A stretch of 64,000 nucleotides of DNA from Protoeuglena noctilucae (Eukaryota). Made by a program: the position numbers and the translations under genes. The number at the start of each line of letters is the position of its first letter. The stretch's first letter is position 1. Below, one piece after another: positions 37,211 to 50,200 of the stretch. The notes below the pieces were generated by a model. That model saw only the letters and a program-made list of their open reading frames with translations. It did not search any database and was not told where the DNA came from. The stretch spans positions 620,001 through 684,000 of the forward strand of contig OY253669.1 in NCBI GenBank assembly GCA_958009085.1, given 5' to 3'.

Positions 37211-39792
37211 ATGCCGGGGCTGCTGTGGCCCCGCCGCGCGCCCTGCTGCGCTGTGGGTGCGGGGCATTGGCGGCGTTTGGCCCTCGTGGGGCCGCCCGCA
37301 AGGGGCGGGCAGATGGCCCCCGCCAGCCTGGCGGGAGGCGGACTACCTGAGCGAGCGGGGGATCGCAGTTTGGGGCCCGCACAGGATGGCAGCGGTGCGG
37401 AGGAACCCGAACTGCGTCGCGGTCAGCAGCCGCGCAAGAAGACCGCGCGGGTGAGCCAGCCCCGTGACTAAGCAAGTTACATACACTCCCCAGAACAGCA
37501 CGCGATGACCGCTCTGTCGCCTGATGTCGCGGCGCGGGTGAAACGGTGCCTGCAATGCGTTGACGTCTCGGTGCCTCGATTGAGGATTGCGCGCGACTGT
37601 TATTGCCCCGCAGGCATCTCAAGAGAGGCTGGTGGAGCTGTCCTTGACATGGGACCCCCACATTCGCGAGCTCCCTGCCTCTGCGCCGGGGGCGGGCCAC
37701 CCAGGGTTGCGTCGACGGAGCCCCGCGCTCGATTTCGAGGTCCTGGCGACGTGGGGCCGCGCGAGAGCCTGCCGAATGACCGTCCCACACAGCACATGGT
37801 GCGCTGCGGCACTGATGCGCCTCTCGCCATGTCTTGTCATCGCATGTCCGCAAGGAGCATGCCTTGCCCCGTCTCTGCGCTCAGCCACACGCCCATGTAC
37901 ATGCCCGTCGGGACGAAGGGGAGCGTGAAGGGCCTGACGAATGGTCAGTTGGAGGAGATGGGCTACCACATGATCCTGGGCAACACATATCACTTGGAGC
38001 GCAAGCCAGGGTCTCGCGTTGTGGAGAAGGTGGGCCGTGGCGAGACACGCGCAGCCGCAGAGCGTCGCGCCTTGCCTACCGAGCGCATGCAACGGACGGG
38101 TTGCCCTCCCCGTAGCTGGGCCACCTGCACGGCTTCACAGGGTGGCGGCGGGGCATGCTGACCGACTCCGGTGGCTTCCAGATGGTGTCTCTGCTGGACG
38201 TGAGCGCGCCGCTGCGAGCGCGAGGCATGCGAGAGACGCTGCTGTTGACGCTGGTCCGCTTGCGCCCCTCTGTGGTCGGCTGTGGCCATCACGCGTCTAC
38301 CCTTGGCAGCCACCCTCGCGTCACAGTTTGCGGACATCACCGAGGAGGGTGTGCTCTTTTCCGACCCGGATGACGGCGCCAAGTTGATGCTGACGCCAGA
38401 GGAGTCGATTCGTGTCCAGGTGCGTTGCTAACCCTCAACACGCTGTGCACTGTGCAAACGAGACATGAGCAGGCCAGATGTCTTGGCTTCGACGTCTCGC
38501 TCAGAACCGACTGGGTGCCGACATCATCATGGCGCTCGACGACGTCGTGCCCAGCACCCAGAGCGGGCAGGCGCGCTTCATAGAGGCGGCCCACCGCACC
38601 ACGCGCTGGATCGACCGTTGCATCGCGGCACACGGGCGCAAGGAGCATCAGAACCTGTTTGGTGAGGGGCTGAGCTGGATGGCGTGACGATCGCGGGCAC
38701 CAGGGGCTTGGCTGGGCAGGCTTCCTTCATGCGCATTCACGCGCTGGGTACCACCTGCCTGAAGCCTGGCCCTTCGTCCCTTGCGCAGCAATCGTGCAGG
38801 GGGGCTTGGACAAGGACCTCCGCGACATATCTCTGAGTGGGCTGATGGAGCGTGACTTGCCTGGGTACGCCATCGGGGGCCTGGCAGGAGGGGAGGTGAG
38901 GGCGAGGCGTGGTTGACCATGCTCAACGCTGCATGCAACGCACCTTTGCCCTTTGCCGTGGGTGCTGGCGGCGAAGGGCAAGGCACACGTCGCCCTTGTC
39001 TCTGCGGCACCCGCAGGACAAGGACAGTTTCTGGCGGGTGGTGGCCTACTGCGCCCCGCGCCTGCCCACGGACCGGCCCCGGTACGTGATGGGCATCGGG
39101 CACCCCATGGACATCATCGTGTGCTCCGCGCTGGGCGCCGACATGTACGACTCGGTGTTCCCGACCCGCACGGCGCGCTTCGGGACCGCGCTGACCTGGG
39201 AGGGTCAACTGCGGCTGCGGGTGACGGTGGCTTGCGCTGGCGTCAGCTGGGGCGAGGGCTGCCATGCACGCCTCAGCGGCCAGATTCTCAGGGCCAATTG
39301 TGTACTGTGTCTCGCTCGTGCTGCAGAACGCGTGCTACCGCCTGGACGTGCGTCCCCTGGACGCCCACTGCTCCTGCATGGTGTGTGCGCGTTACACGAG
39401 GTCCTTCATGTATTTCCTGGCCGCCAAGGACCTGTGCTCTGCGACCAGCCTCCTCTCGTACCACAACGCCGCCTTCATGGCGCAGCTGACGAGGCGAGAC
39501 ACGCAGCATTGCGCACGTGCCCCTTGCAGCGTCCTGGCATCTCATGGCGCTCGCTGCTCTCGCCACCGCAGCCAGATGCGGCAGTCCATCGTTGACGGCA
39601 CCTTCCCCGACTGGGTGCGGCGGGTGGTGCACCGGCTGAGCGGGGGCGAGGCACAGGTGGAGCCGTGGGTCAGGGACGCGCTCCATGCCGCGGGCATCGC
39701 AGGTGACACCTTACCACTGCCGCGCGCTGCTGGGGACCGGCACCGGCCCCGTCCCCGCCATCGCGACGATCGCATTTTTGCACGCAGTGTGA
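37211..39792 (+). CDS. QTRT1: Queuine tRNA-ribosyltransferase catalytic subunit (eukaryotic TGT)
   Basis: [86 protein letters not shown] and zinc motif CSCMVC...HN. Confidence 0.95.
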
Positions 39793-40003
39793 CAACTGGA
39801 CGGGGTTGCGCTTGCGCCAATGGCTTTGGTATGACGAGGCCAGGTGCTTCACAGGAAAAAGTGAGGGCGGCCGGCATGGGCAGCCGGGCAATGACTGCCG
39901 CCAGTTGAGAGGAACACGGGCGACCTACAACGGGATGCGCTAGGAAGCTGCTCACGCGGACAACGTGCTTTGTTTGAAACCCTGTCGACTCGGTGACCGT
40001 GCT

Positions 40004-41197
40004 TCAATTCCAGTCCACGTCGAGGAGTCCCACGATCGCGTCCTGCAGAGCCTCGTTGGACCTGCGGCAGAGCGGTCGGGGCATATTACGCATCCTCACC
40101 CTCTGCGGTAGGCGCACGCTGAGACGGGGCCACTCACGCGTCGGCTCACCTGACGGCGACGTCGAATGCTGAGGCGAGGGCGTCCTGGGTCACGCTGCCG
40201 TCGCCCTGGGTCCTTGCCTTCACCAGCACCTCGTCCAAAGCCATGTAGGCCATCTTCAAGTCACTGGAGAGCAGGGGAGGGCCAGGCCGGGATCAGAGCG
40301 GCATGCAGGCCTCTGTGCTGACCCAGAGGCACGACCGCAGGCGCCCGCCTCGCCTGAGCCGATCAAAGGCCTGGTCTTTCTGGGGCTCGTCCTCGTCGCG
40401 CACAGCGATGTTGTTCAGAACGATGGAGAAGGTGCACACTTCGGTCCCCACGTTCCCCTGCAGCTGCGAGACCCTGGGGGACCCGGGCAGGGCAGGGCGA
40501 GGGTGAGCCGAGGACAGGCGGAGCCAGCAGCATAAGAGGCAGAACCAGCAGCACAAGAGGCAGAACGAGACTTGCCTCTGGGCGACTGTCGTGACGTCAT
40601 CTGCCCCATCCGCATACATATAGCAGTTGACACCCGCGGCGCGAACCAGCCGCAGCGCCTCCTCGTAGCCCTCCCGCGTATCCGCCGCAGCCAGGCGCCT
40701 GGCTGCCATGAGGCGGTCCGCAGACGCCTGCATGGGGCGCGAGCACAGGCAGGTGCTTGCGCGAAGGGGGCCGTGATCGAGCGAGCGAGCAGTGATCGAG
40801 GTGCCGTGCAGCTGGAGGCCCCATCTTACCTTGAGGGGTGCGAGGAACTTCAGTCGCAGGCCACGCTGACGCTCGTGCCACGCGGTCAGCAAGCGGCCGG
40901 CAGCCAGGGCCTCTCCAGCAAAGAGCCCTGGGAGCGCCAGCGGCATCACGACCGCGGCACCCAGCACCGCCCTGCGGAGGGCGGGGGACAGAGGATTTGT
41001 TGACGCCTGCGAGGCGCGCGTTCTGCACCAAGCGCTCGCATCAGCGCTTGCCTGCGCGACGCCATCGGCGCCGAGTCCTTGCGGCTGGATTCGGCGCGTG
41101 CGCTTGACGCCGGGAAATCAGCCCCCACCGATCCCACCGGGCGCGCGCGAGCCCCGCATGAGGCAGTCAATGAAACGGCTACGCTTTGCAGGACCAT
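40004..41197 (-). CDS. Thylakoid-lumen protein of unknown function (bipartite transit peptide with twin-arginine motif)
   Basis: The transit peptide is followed by MASRR|AVLGAAVVMPLALPGLFAGEALA (RR, hydrophobic stretch, AxA). The helical mature part has two Cys (VNCYMY, EVCTFSIV). Ends GLLDVDWN*. Confidence 0.75.
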
Positions 41198-41607
41198 GTC
41201 CTCCCCGACGCGCGGCAGTTGGCGAAGCGGCTGGGGTACCCGATGAGATTTTGGGAAAAGATCTAAATCTGGGCCGCGCCGACTTGTCCGCGGTACGATC
41301 TGTGGTGCTGTTGCTACCACCGTTGCAAAACGTAGCAAATCGCCCATCCTCAGCTTCCCCTGTTCAGTCGTTCCTGGGTTGACTTTTCACTGGCACCATT
41401 GCGCCAGTTCGCGTTCGCTGCGGTGTGCGTCTTCCCCGTTTCGCTGCGGATGTCACTGCAGCGTGATATCCCCTCGGCTTCGCACATGCTTCCACGCCGT
41501 GATTCCCACAACCAGCGTGGCAAGGCTCAGGGGTGGCCGCCACGTGCCCCCACCCGAGCGCAATGCACCCCCGGCACATTCCCCTTTTCCCCCGTTGACA
41601 AGTCTCC

Positions 41608-44600
41608 ATGATGTCTTTGGCGAGCATGGGCATGCCCAGCAGGCCTGCGTCGCCCGGTTCAAGGTCGGTGCTTCTTCAGCGCCGGCACTCTGTGCTGATT
41701 CCTGTCGTTTGCTCTGCGTGCCTGTCGCACATTGTATGCTTCTTGTATCCTCCATATCCCAGTCACCTGCAGGCCGCGCGGGGCCAGCGCCGGCGAGACC
41801 AGGCATCGCCCTAGCGACGCTCTTGCCAGGGCGAGCTCGCCGGGCGGACTCCACGAGTCCGTGAATGAGCAGCTCATCGGTCCTTCCAATGTCAAGAGTC
41901 GGGGGGGCGAAGGTGCTGCCTGGGACTCGCTGTGCGCGCTTCCACTTCGCAGTGAGGCCAGTGCCTTCGCCTGCACCTTGACTTTCATGGGTGAGGCGGC
42001 ACTGGGGGCGGCAGAAGGGCCCGTCTTGTACATACTGTACATGTATGACCATGGCGCTCTTCAAACCGCGATGATGCGCAGCCGCGTGCTCGCCCGGTCC
42101 CAAACAACATCACCTCAAGGGCCGCACCAAATCTGCCGCCGCGTCGCCCTGCCGCAGTTCTTGCCACTGGAGTGCTTACGTTAGAGCTAGCTGGACTCGG
42201 CGACATGTGCCTCTGGACGCGTCACATCGTGCCGACGACGGTGGACCGCGCCACATGCGCCGTGTTCTCTGCCGCCGCCGCCTTCGGGATTCTCGTCTCT
42301 GCGCTCAGCATGGCATTGTGGTGAGCCAGTTTGGTCCTCTTGCCGAGAACCGCTCTGCTTGCTGGCGGGTCAGAGCGCGGCCCGACGCAAACGCACCTGC
42401 TCTTGCCCCGCAGCGCAACGTCGTTCCACAACCACGTAGGGCGCCTCGTCTTCTGCTCGTGCGTCGCCATGTGGCTGGCCATTTCCGCCATCCGCGGCGT
42501 CATGGGCTGGTCCTCCGCAGCTGTCGCGAGCCACGTCGCGCAGTCGGTGCCCATCCCGGACGAGCCGTCCCTCGTGCTGCCCCACGTCCTCGGTGACGAG
42601 GCGCCCGCGCAGCGGCACCCTAGTCCCGGCGCCCACGACTGCGCTGCATGAGCCCAAATCGAATTGCACCCCACCTGCAGGGCGTCAGTTTGTCGTGGGT
42701 TTCTGCCAGGCCCTCACGCTCGTCGCCTGCGCCCCAAACCGGAGCTTCCAGCAGGACCTGCGCTTCGTCGCGTGGATCGGCGCCTCCGCCGCCCTCCGCG
42801 CCGCCGCGGCCTCGGTGCAGCTCTTCTCGCCCCTCTTTCAGCCCGCCCTCCACAGCACGTCCCATGCGGTGGGCGGGACCGCCCTCACCGTCGCCTCCTC
42901 CGCCGCGGGCCTCCTCCTGGCCTTCTTCCTCCTCCGCCCCGCCTGGCTGGGCCGCGCCTGGGACGCCGACGACGCCAGGCCCGCGCACAGGCGCGGCACG
43001 GGGGTCCCCTCGGCGCTGGCGTGGCTCGGCATCCAGGGGCTCAAGCACGCGACGTGGACGGTCCTGACGCTGGCCACCGTCGTCATCGCGTGCGCCGAGT
43101 ACGCCGGAGTGCGCCTCGAGCCGTGGGCCGCCCTCTTGCTCCTCCTGGCGGTCGTATCCACGTTCCGCGTGTCAGGCGAGTGGCGCATTGCATCGTCGCT
43201 CACGGTGCCGACGGTTCTACTGAACTTGCGCCACGCCCACCCCGGACCCCGCGCCTCGCCCACCCCGTGCCACACCCACCCCACGCAGTGTCGGCACATG
43301 CCGTGAGCACCCAGCGCCTCCTTTCGAGTATGATCTCCAGCGAGGGGGCCCAGGCCATGCTCCATGTCGCCGACAACATGGCGCGCCTCGAGATGAGCGT
43401 CTCGCGGCTTCCCCGGCCATGTGAGCACGCCCAGCGGAGCGCGGCTTGCATAGCCACCCTCCCACGTTTGGCGTGCCATCCCCACGCAGCCCTCCCTCAG
43501 CGCCCACGCTCGCTCCCGCACCGGTGTCCCCGCAGCCCCCGTCGCCTCGGCGCCGGCCTGCACGTCCCTGGCGGACCACGTGTTGCAGGTGGTCACGGCG
43601 CCCGCCCTGGGCCCGCCCGTCCGCCTGCAGGACAAGGAGAACGTCACGGTCGTTTTCACGGACATCGTCCACTTCACCGCCATGGCCGGGCAATGCGACC
43701 CGGGGGAAGTCTTCCAGATCGTCAACGAGTACTTCCTCAAACTCGACCGCGCCCTGGCGCCCTGGGGGGTGTTCAAGTGAGGCAGCGGGCCACCTGGGGA
43801 GCGGCAATGTGCTGCGGCGATGTGCTGGCGATTCGCTGTGCTGCGGCGATGTGCTGCGTGGTGGTCGTTTGCCGCCGCATCCACGCCTGAGCCGTGGTGT
43901 CCTTCCCCAGGTACCAGACGGTTGGGGACGCGTACTTGGTGATTTCGAACTACTACGGCGACGACAAGGACCACGCCAGCACGGCCCTGCTGGCCGCCAT
44001 CGCCATGGTCAAGGTGGCGTCCACCATCCGCCGCCCGCGGCCGCGCGCGTCGCGACTGGCGTGGACCGACACCACCGCCGAGTCGGGGCCGCGGCGGGCG
44101 CTCTTCGCGCCGCTGGTGGATCCGGAGGGTAGCTCGGGGGAGGGCTGCGACGGGACCGCCGTGGTGGCGGCGGGGACCGGGAGGAGGGTGCTGGGGTGCG
44201 GCAGCGCCAAGCCGGGCGGCACCCGGTGGGGGTCGAGCGCCACGGGGGCCACCGTGGACCAGGAGGCCGTCGCGTCGCCGCGCCCGCACGGGAACAGCGA
44301 CAGCCTGGTGCGGATGCCGTCGCCGGCGTCGAGGGGGCGCCGGAGCGACGACGGCAGCGCGGTGCTGCGCCGTCACGCGCCCGCCACCGTCCCCGCGCCG
44401 CCAGGAGCGCCCCGGCCCCTGGGCGACCCCGGGGAGGAGGCCGTCGCGTGCTCAGAGGACCACCTGGCGATACGCGTGGGCATCCACAGGTGCGGGCAGG
44501 GCTGCCCTCGTGAGCGCCCTTGTGGGGCTCGAGGGTCCGTCACGGACTAAGGCTGGCACCGCCCCTGTCTCGCAGCGGGTCTCTGGCGGCGGGCATCCTG

Positions 44601-45740
44601 GGGCAGAGCCGCCAGGCGCTGACGCTGATTGGGGACACGATGAACGTGGCGTCGCGGATGGAGACGACCAGCCAGCCCAACCACGTGCGGATGACGCAGG
44701 CCACCTGGGAACTGCTGACCCCCGAGGCCCAGTCGGTGAGGGGTCGGTGTGCCCTGATCTGGCAGCGCGGGGCAGTTGCTTGTGATTCCATGAGTCGCGC
44801 CGTGACATCGGTGCTGGCCTGGCTCTGCGCGAACACCGCCTTCCGTCGCGTCCCAGGTCTTCTCCTTGGAGCTCGTTCAAGCCAAGGGCAAGGGCAACAT
44901 CGCCACATACATCATGAACGCGCTCGACGAGGGAGCTGTGACCAAGTGCGGCTTCTACTCGGCCAAGCTGCTCCCGCGCCAAGAGCGCCGGGCCACGCGC
45001 TTCCAGCGGAGCGCCAAGGAGCCCCTCAGGGAGTCCGGGGAGGTACCGGTGAGGCGCACGTGCGCTAAGATGACTGCGATAGCTGCACACGTGCTGGGCT
45101 CTCGTCGCGGCACTCGTCTCCTCCCGTCAACCATCGACGTCATCGTGCCGACCGTCCCTGCCCCCAGGGGTCGCCTGGGAAGTTCCGCCGCTGGTCAAAC
45201 AGAGGCGACGGCGCCACTCGCTCCCCGAAAGCGGAGGAGAAAACCGCAGCAGAGCCAACGCCCCTCAGCCGGGTCACCTCCCTCGCCTGAGACGCACCGA
45301 GGGCCCCCGACGTCTCCTCCCTTTGCCTCCATCCCGCCCGCAAGCGCTCCCGCCGCACGGCTCGCGGCTGCGGCGGCCTACCACGACGCGCGCGGGCGTC
45401 TCCGCAGCACGCGGCGTATTTCGCCTGTGCGTTCCGATGCTCCTCCCGTGTCCGTTTGCCTGGACTAGCTCGCCGCCACATGCCGCGCTCGCAACCCTCT
45501 GTGCGGAGCTGCCGCAGTGAGGGCTGGACTACACGCCTGCGCGATACGACAGGATCTCTCCTTCGTGCCCCCGTGGAGCCATCCCGGCACAGATGCCCTC
45601 AACCCTCGCACTCGCTCGCACCACCCGCGGCTGGGCCCGGAGCTGGCCCTTGGCTGGGCCAGTCCGTCCCCGCCGCCCCGGTTTCCGACTCCTTGGTCCC
45701 TCGTGCCCCCTCACCCACGCATCCCGCCCCACGTTCGTGA
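41608..45740 (+). CDS. Membrane-bound class III nucleotidyl (adenylate/guanylate-type) cyclase
   Basis: Multiple hydrophobic segments (~42420-43175) and signalling-helix-like TQRLLSSMI. Catalytic motifs NVTVVFTDIVHFT, FK|YQTVGDAY, IRVGIH|SG, LIGDTMNVASRMET and AKGKGNIATY. The 3' end is uncertain. Confidence 0.88.
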
Positions 45741-45831
45741 CCCATGCCCACTGCAGGCCCAGCCGCCTCGCAGGTACCACGTTCCCTTTTCCGCATGCGC
45801 GCCGCGGGATGTTTGTTGAAATGCAATCGCG

Positions 45832-47047
45832 TCAAGAGGGCTCGTCGGGGAGGGCCAGCTCTCCCGCAACCACCAGCACGGCGCTGCCCATCAGGGACAC
45901 CCGCTCTGCCCCCACCACCTCCGCCTGCATGTCCCCCATCCTCGCCGAGCACTGCCGGCAGTGGAGACGCGACTCCTTCAGCACGTCCCTGCGAGCAGGG
46001 AGGCGCACCCGCATGTAACAGGTGACCTGCTCGGCAATTCTGCGCGAGGCTTGCCACCCTTGGCCCTCCCACGTTCGGCACCTGTAGTAGGGGGCCAGCA
46101 CCGAGTGCGCGCTTCCCGTGACGGGGTCCTCGTCGATGCCCATCCACGGCGCGAAGAAGCGGCTGAAGACGTGGGGGCCTTGGCAATCGCCGGTGGGGTC
46201 GCAGGAGGACACGATGACCGCGCCGATGCTCCCGTCCTCTCCATCGTACGCCGCACGCATCTCCCGGACGCTGAACTGCGGCGGGTCCGTGGCCGTGGCG
46301 AAACCGTGGCATGAAGCGGCGCCACAGGGACAGCCAACGCGAGTCATGCAGCCGTTTGCGCTCACCGGGTGCCGCTGCAGGTCCTGCCAAGAGAGGGACC
46401 CTGGGCGCAGGGCTACCAGGAGGTACCGCAGCGCCTTGCAGAAGCGCACGTCCGCGACGGGGAGAGGCCCCGCAGCGGCGGACGCGAGGCGGGCGCCCGG
46501 CTCAGGGACGGGGTCGACGGGCGGGAGGCTGGAGAGTTCCATGCAGAGCTGTGCTGCGGCGCCGACGCCGGACCCCGTCGGGGGTGCGGTCGCGGAGACG
46601 CGGAGCTCGCCGGACTGCGTCTGGAAGCGCAGGACCGGCGAGCGGTTCCTGCACCCGAGGATGAGCGCTGCTGCGGCCGCCAGCGTCGCGTGGCCGCAGA
46701 GCGGGACCTCCTGGGAAGGAGTGAACCAGCGGAGTCGGAAGTTGGACGTGCTGTTGGCAGCATCGTCGTCGCCGTGAGCTTCCTCGAGGAACGCCGTCTC
46801 GCTCAAGTTGTTCTCCTGGGCCACAGCGAGGCGCACGCCGTCCGAGACGGGGAGGACGGAGCTGGGCAAGACGCACACCGCCGCGGCATTGCCGAGGCAG
46901 GGGGTCGCCGTGAATGCGTCCACCTGCGCTCGGGCAACGCGGCGCAGTGACAGAGCGGCGCGGCGCATCGACAGCAGCGCATCTCTGCACTGCTGGTGTG
47001 GCTTGGCGTGCCATGCTCCTCGCCTGGAAGAACGGAACCACTCGCAT
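45832..47047 (-). CDS. phzF: PhzF/PBLD-family isomerase-like protein
   Basis: MRVVPFFQ|VDAFT...GNAAAV, ENNLSETAF, LRWFTPSQEVPLCGHATLAAA and SRFFAPWMGIDEDPVTGSAH. Confidence 0.93.
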
Positions 47048-47277
47048 GGTGCCGGCACCTGGACAGTGGGAATGGCAGTGATGACGCGCGCGCAGAGTGC
47101 GCGCGAGGAACGCAAAAGACGAGAGATTTCTTTCTGGCGCGCTGCAGCACAAGGCAGCGCGTTTTGAGCGGCACGAGCTGCATCACTTCACGTGTGCGCT
47201 CGATTCCTCGCGTGCGCTGCTTGAACACCTGCAATCCCCCCGCGCGGCGGGCAGGGGCTTGCCTGCGACGGGCTACC

Positions 47278-50200
47278 ATGCGCCTCAGCGACTTTGTGTC
47301 GCTGAAAGACCTCAGCGATGGCAACAATGACTGGTGTGCGCGACGATGGCGGACTCGGAGACGCGCAAGAGACCATGATCGCTTGCGCACTGCAACGGCC
47401 CGCATGCATAACGTGTGCGTGCCACTTTCGCGCAGGTACAACGTGCCCGCGCCGCTCCGACGCGTTCTGGAGCTTCTCATCAAGCGAAGCATGGCTCAGG
47501 TGCGCGCTGCAGGCTCGCAGTGCGCGCTAAAAGCACACACGTTGGTTTGTTTCACTTGCCTGTGAAACCCTGCAACCCGCAGGAAGACGATGCGGCTCTC
47601 GCAAAGGCACACATGGCCCGCCAGGGCGAGATATTGGAGGCCCTGGGTTCCAGGATCGGCGCCCTCAGGCGCCTCCACGAGGAGCACGTGGCCCAGGCAG
47701 CCGAGGTGCTGGTCTACCTGCGCCCTACGCTCCCAATGATGCCCAGCTATCGTTCGCAAGCAAGAGATGGCTGATGGCTTTCCTGATGTCTCTTTTCTCA
47801 CGCCGCAGTCGCACCAGGCCCTTTCGAAAAAGGTGAACGTGGCGTCGGATAGGCACGCGGCGGGGCTGCGGGAGGTGGAGGCCAAGGTGGCGGGCGTGGA
47901 GGCGAAGCTCGCGGCATCTGAGGAGCGCCTCCAGAGCGCAGTCGACGGAGTGGAGCAGGAGGTGACTGGCGGTGATGGCGCGACGGACGGCTGCGAGCGA
48001 GAGCAGTGCCGTGACCGAAGGCAGCCCACCGGTCGAAGCACAGGTCAGGAGGGCCGAGAAGGCGCACGCGGCGGCCGTGGCGGCCGCGGAGCAGCGGGTC
48101 CATGCGTCCGTGGCAGCGGCGAAGATGGAGGCCGAGGACCGTGCCGCAGCCGTGGCGGAGGCGGCCGAGAGGTGGCGCCTGGAGTCCGACGCCTCGGTGG
48201 CCCAGCGCCTGAAAGGCGTCGAGGAGGCGGCCGAATCGCGGTCGGCGGCGCTCGAGGCGGAGCTTGCGAGGCGCGTGGCCGACGTGGCCCGTCGCGCCGA
48301 CGCGGAGGCGGCCCGGGTGGAGGCGGAGGGCGCGCGGAGGGTGGCGGCGCTGGAGGGGCGCGTGGCGGCCGCGGAGGAGGCGACGGACAAGCGCCTGCGG
48401 GACCTGGGGTCGCACGTGCGCGGGCGGCTGCGGGAGCTCGAGGCGGCTGCCGGGGCGCTGGCGTCTGCCGTGGAGCAGCTGGAGGGGAGCCTCGCGGAGG
48501 CGCACGCCCACGCCAGCCGGCGCGCGGACGACCTGGAGGGCGAGGTGGCGGAGGTGAGCGCGGCGTGCCGGGTGGCCCTCGCGCGGGTGGAGGAGTCGCT
48601 GTCGGCGGTGCGGGCCGAGTCCCAGGCGGCTGTGACGGCGGCCACGGAGGCGTCAGCCGCTCAGCTGCGGGGCGAGCTGGCCGGGGCGAAGAGGGAAGTC
48701 CTGGAGCGGGCGGCGGAGATGGGCGCCGACGTCCGAGCAGGTGCGGGGGCCATGTGCGCCACAAGCGCAGTGGCTCGCATGGGGCGCGTGTCGTCACGCG
48801 TGCTTGCATGATCAGCGCTTGCGACCGCGCCTCCGTGGTGCCCGCAGCCGCCAGCAAGCAGTCGGCCGCTGTCAAGGACGACCTGGCGGCGCTGCAGGCG
48901 GAGGTGGCGAAGGCCGCGTCCTCCATCGCCGCCACCGCGCCCGTGGCAGCTGTGGCGCGCGACCAGGTCCGAGAGCTGAGGGCCACCGTGGAGAGCCTGG
49001 GGGGGGACTTGCAGGAGCAGTCTTCATCGATCGCTGCGCTGTCCAAGCGCACGGAGCGCGTGCTTTCCGAGGCGAAGGAGGACCTGGCGCAGGCGACGGC
49101 GCAGGCGCGGCACGTGGCGGACGAGGGCACGCGTGCGGTGGAGGCGTTCCGAAAAGAGTCGGGGCAGGAGGTGGCGGCGGTGGTGGCCGAGTCGCGTGCA
49201 GCTGTGCAGACGGCCAAGAGGGAGATGGAAGAGAGGGGGCAGGCCATGGAGGTGCGCGGGCTGACATACTGACGTGTGTGGGCGTGGGATGGGGAAGCCG
49301 ATGGTGTGACGGCGCCCGTCTTTGTGAGTGGTTGCTCGCAGGAGCGCACGTCGCAGCAGCTGTCCGGCATCAAGCGCGACGTGGACGCGGCGGCGGAGGC
49401 GGTGCGCCGGGAGGTGACGTCCTCGATCGAGCGGCACGGGAGCGACCTGCGCTCGGAAATGCGGACGGCCCAGGCGTCCCTGCGCGAGACCGTGACGGCG
49501 AGCGCAGACGCAAAAGTCCAGGCGAGATGGGGTTTGTTTGCACGAAAGAGGCGGACCGTGTGGGCTGCCTGCGATGCTGAGATCGGCGCTTGTGCAGGGC
49601 CGGTGGAGCGAGTTGGAGCGGCGGGTGGAGGGGATGGCGGGGCAGTGCGCGCGGGAGGCGCAGCAGGCGGCTCTGGACAAGATCAACGCGCGGGTGGAGG
49701 AGATCGTGAGCAACTGGCAGGGCGTCAACCTGTCTGTCTACAAGGGGCAGGTGAGGAGCGACGAGCGAGCCAGCCGGGGAGGACCGCGACCGTGTGCACC
49801 TGCTGGGTTGTTGCTGCGGATGTGATTTGAGACACCAACTTGTTGCGCAGATCCGGCGAGAGATGGAGAAGCTGCACGCGGCACTGCAGCTCGAGACAGA
49901 CAAGCGCGTGAAGGCGGCGGAGGGAGGGTGGAGGAGCTGCGGGAGGAGTTTGCCAAGAAAGGCGAGGGGCAGGGCGCGGGGCATGAGCGAGAGTGCGGTA
50001 AAGTGGGCAAAGCAGGCGCTTTCCTGAACAGCAGCGCTGCTGGCGTGTTGCTGACGATGAATTGGGTCTGGTCCGCAGTGGGCGGCGTGGGCGGCGTGCC
50101 TGGCTCCAAGGGCCTTTCCGAGGTCATCTGGAAGATGCGTGAGGTGGAGGGCAAGGTGGCCACCGAGGTGCGACGGGTCTACGACGACCTGGGGTCGCGG

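Noticed and set aside
43390..43400. Possible AT donor (GAG|atgagc) in the cyclase gene
   Set aside because: A canonical GT donor at ~43421 gives the correct phase.
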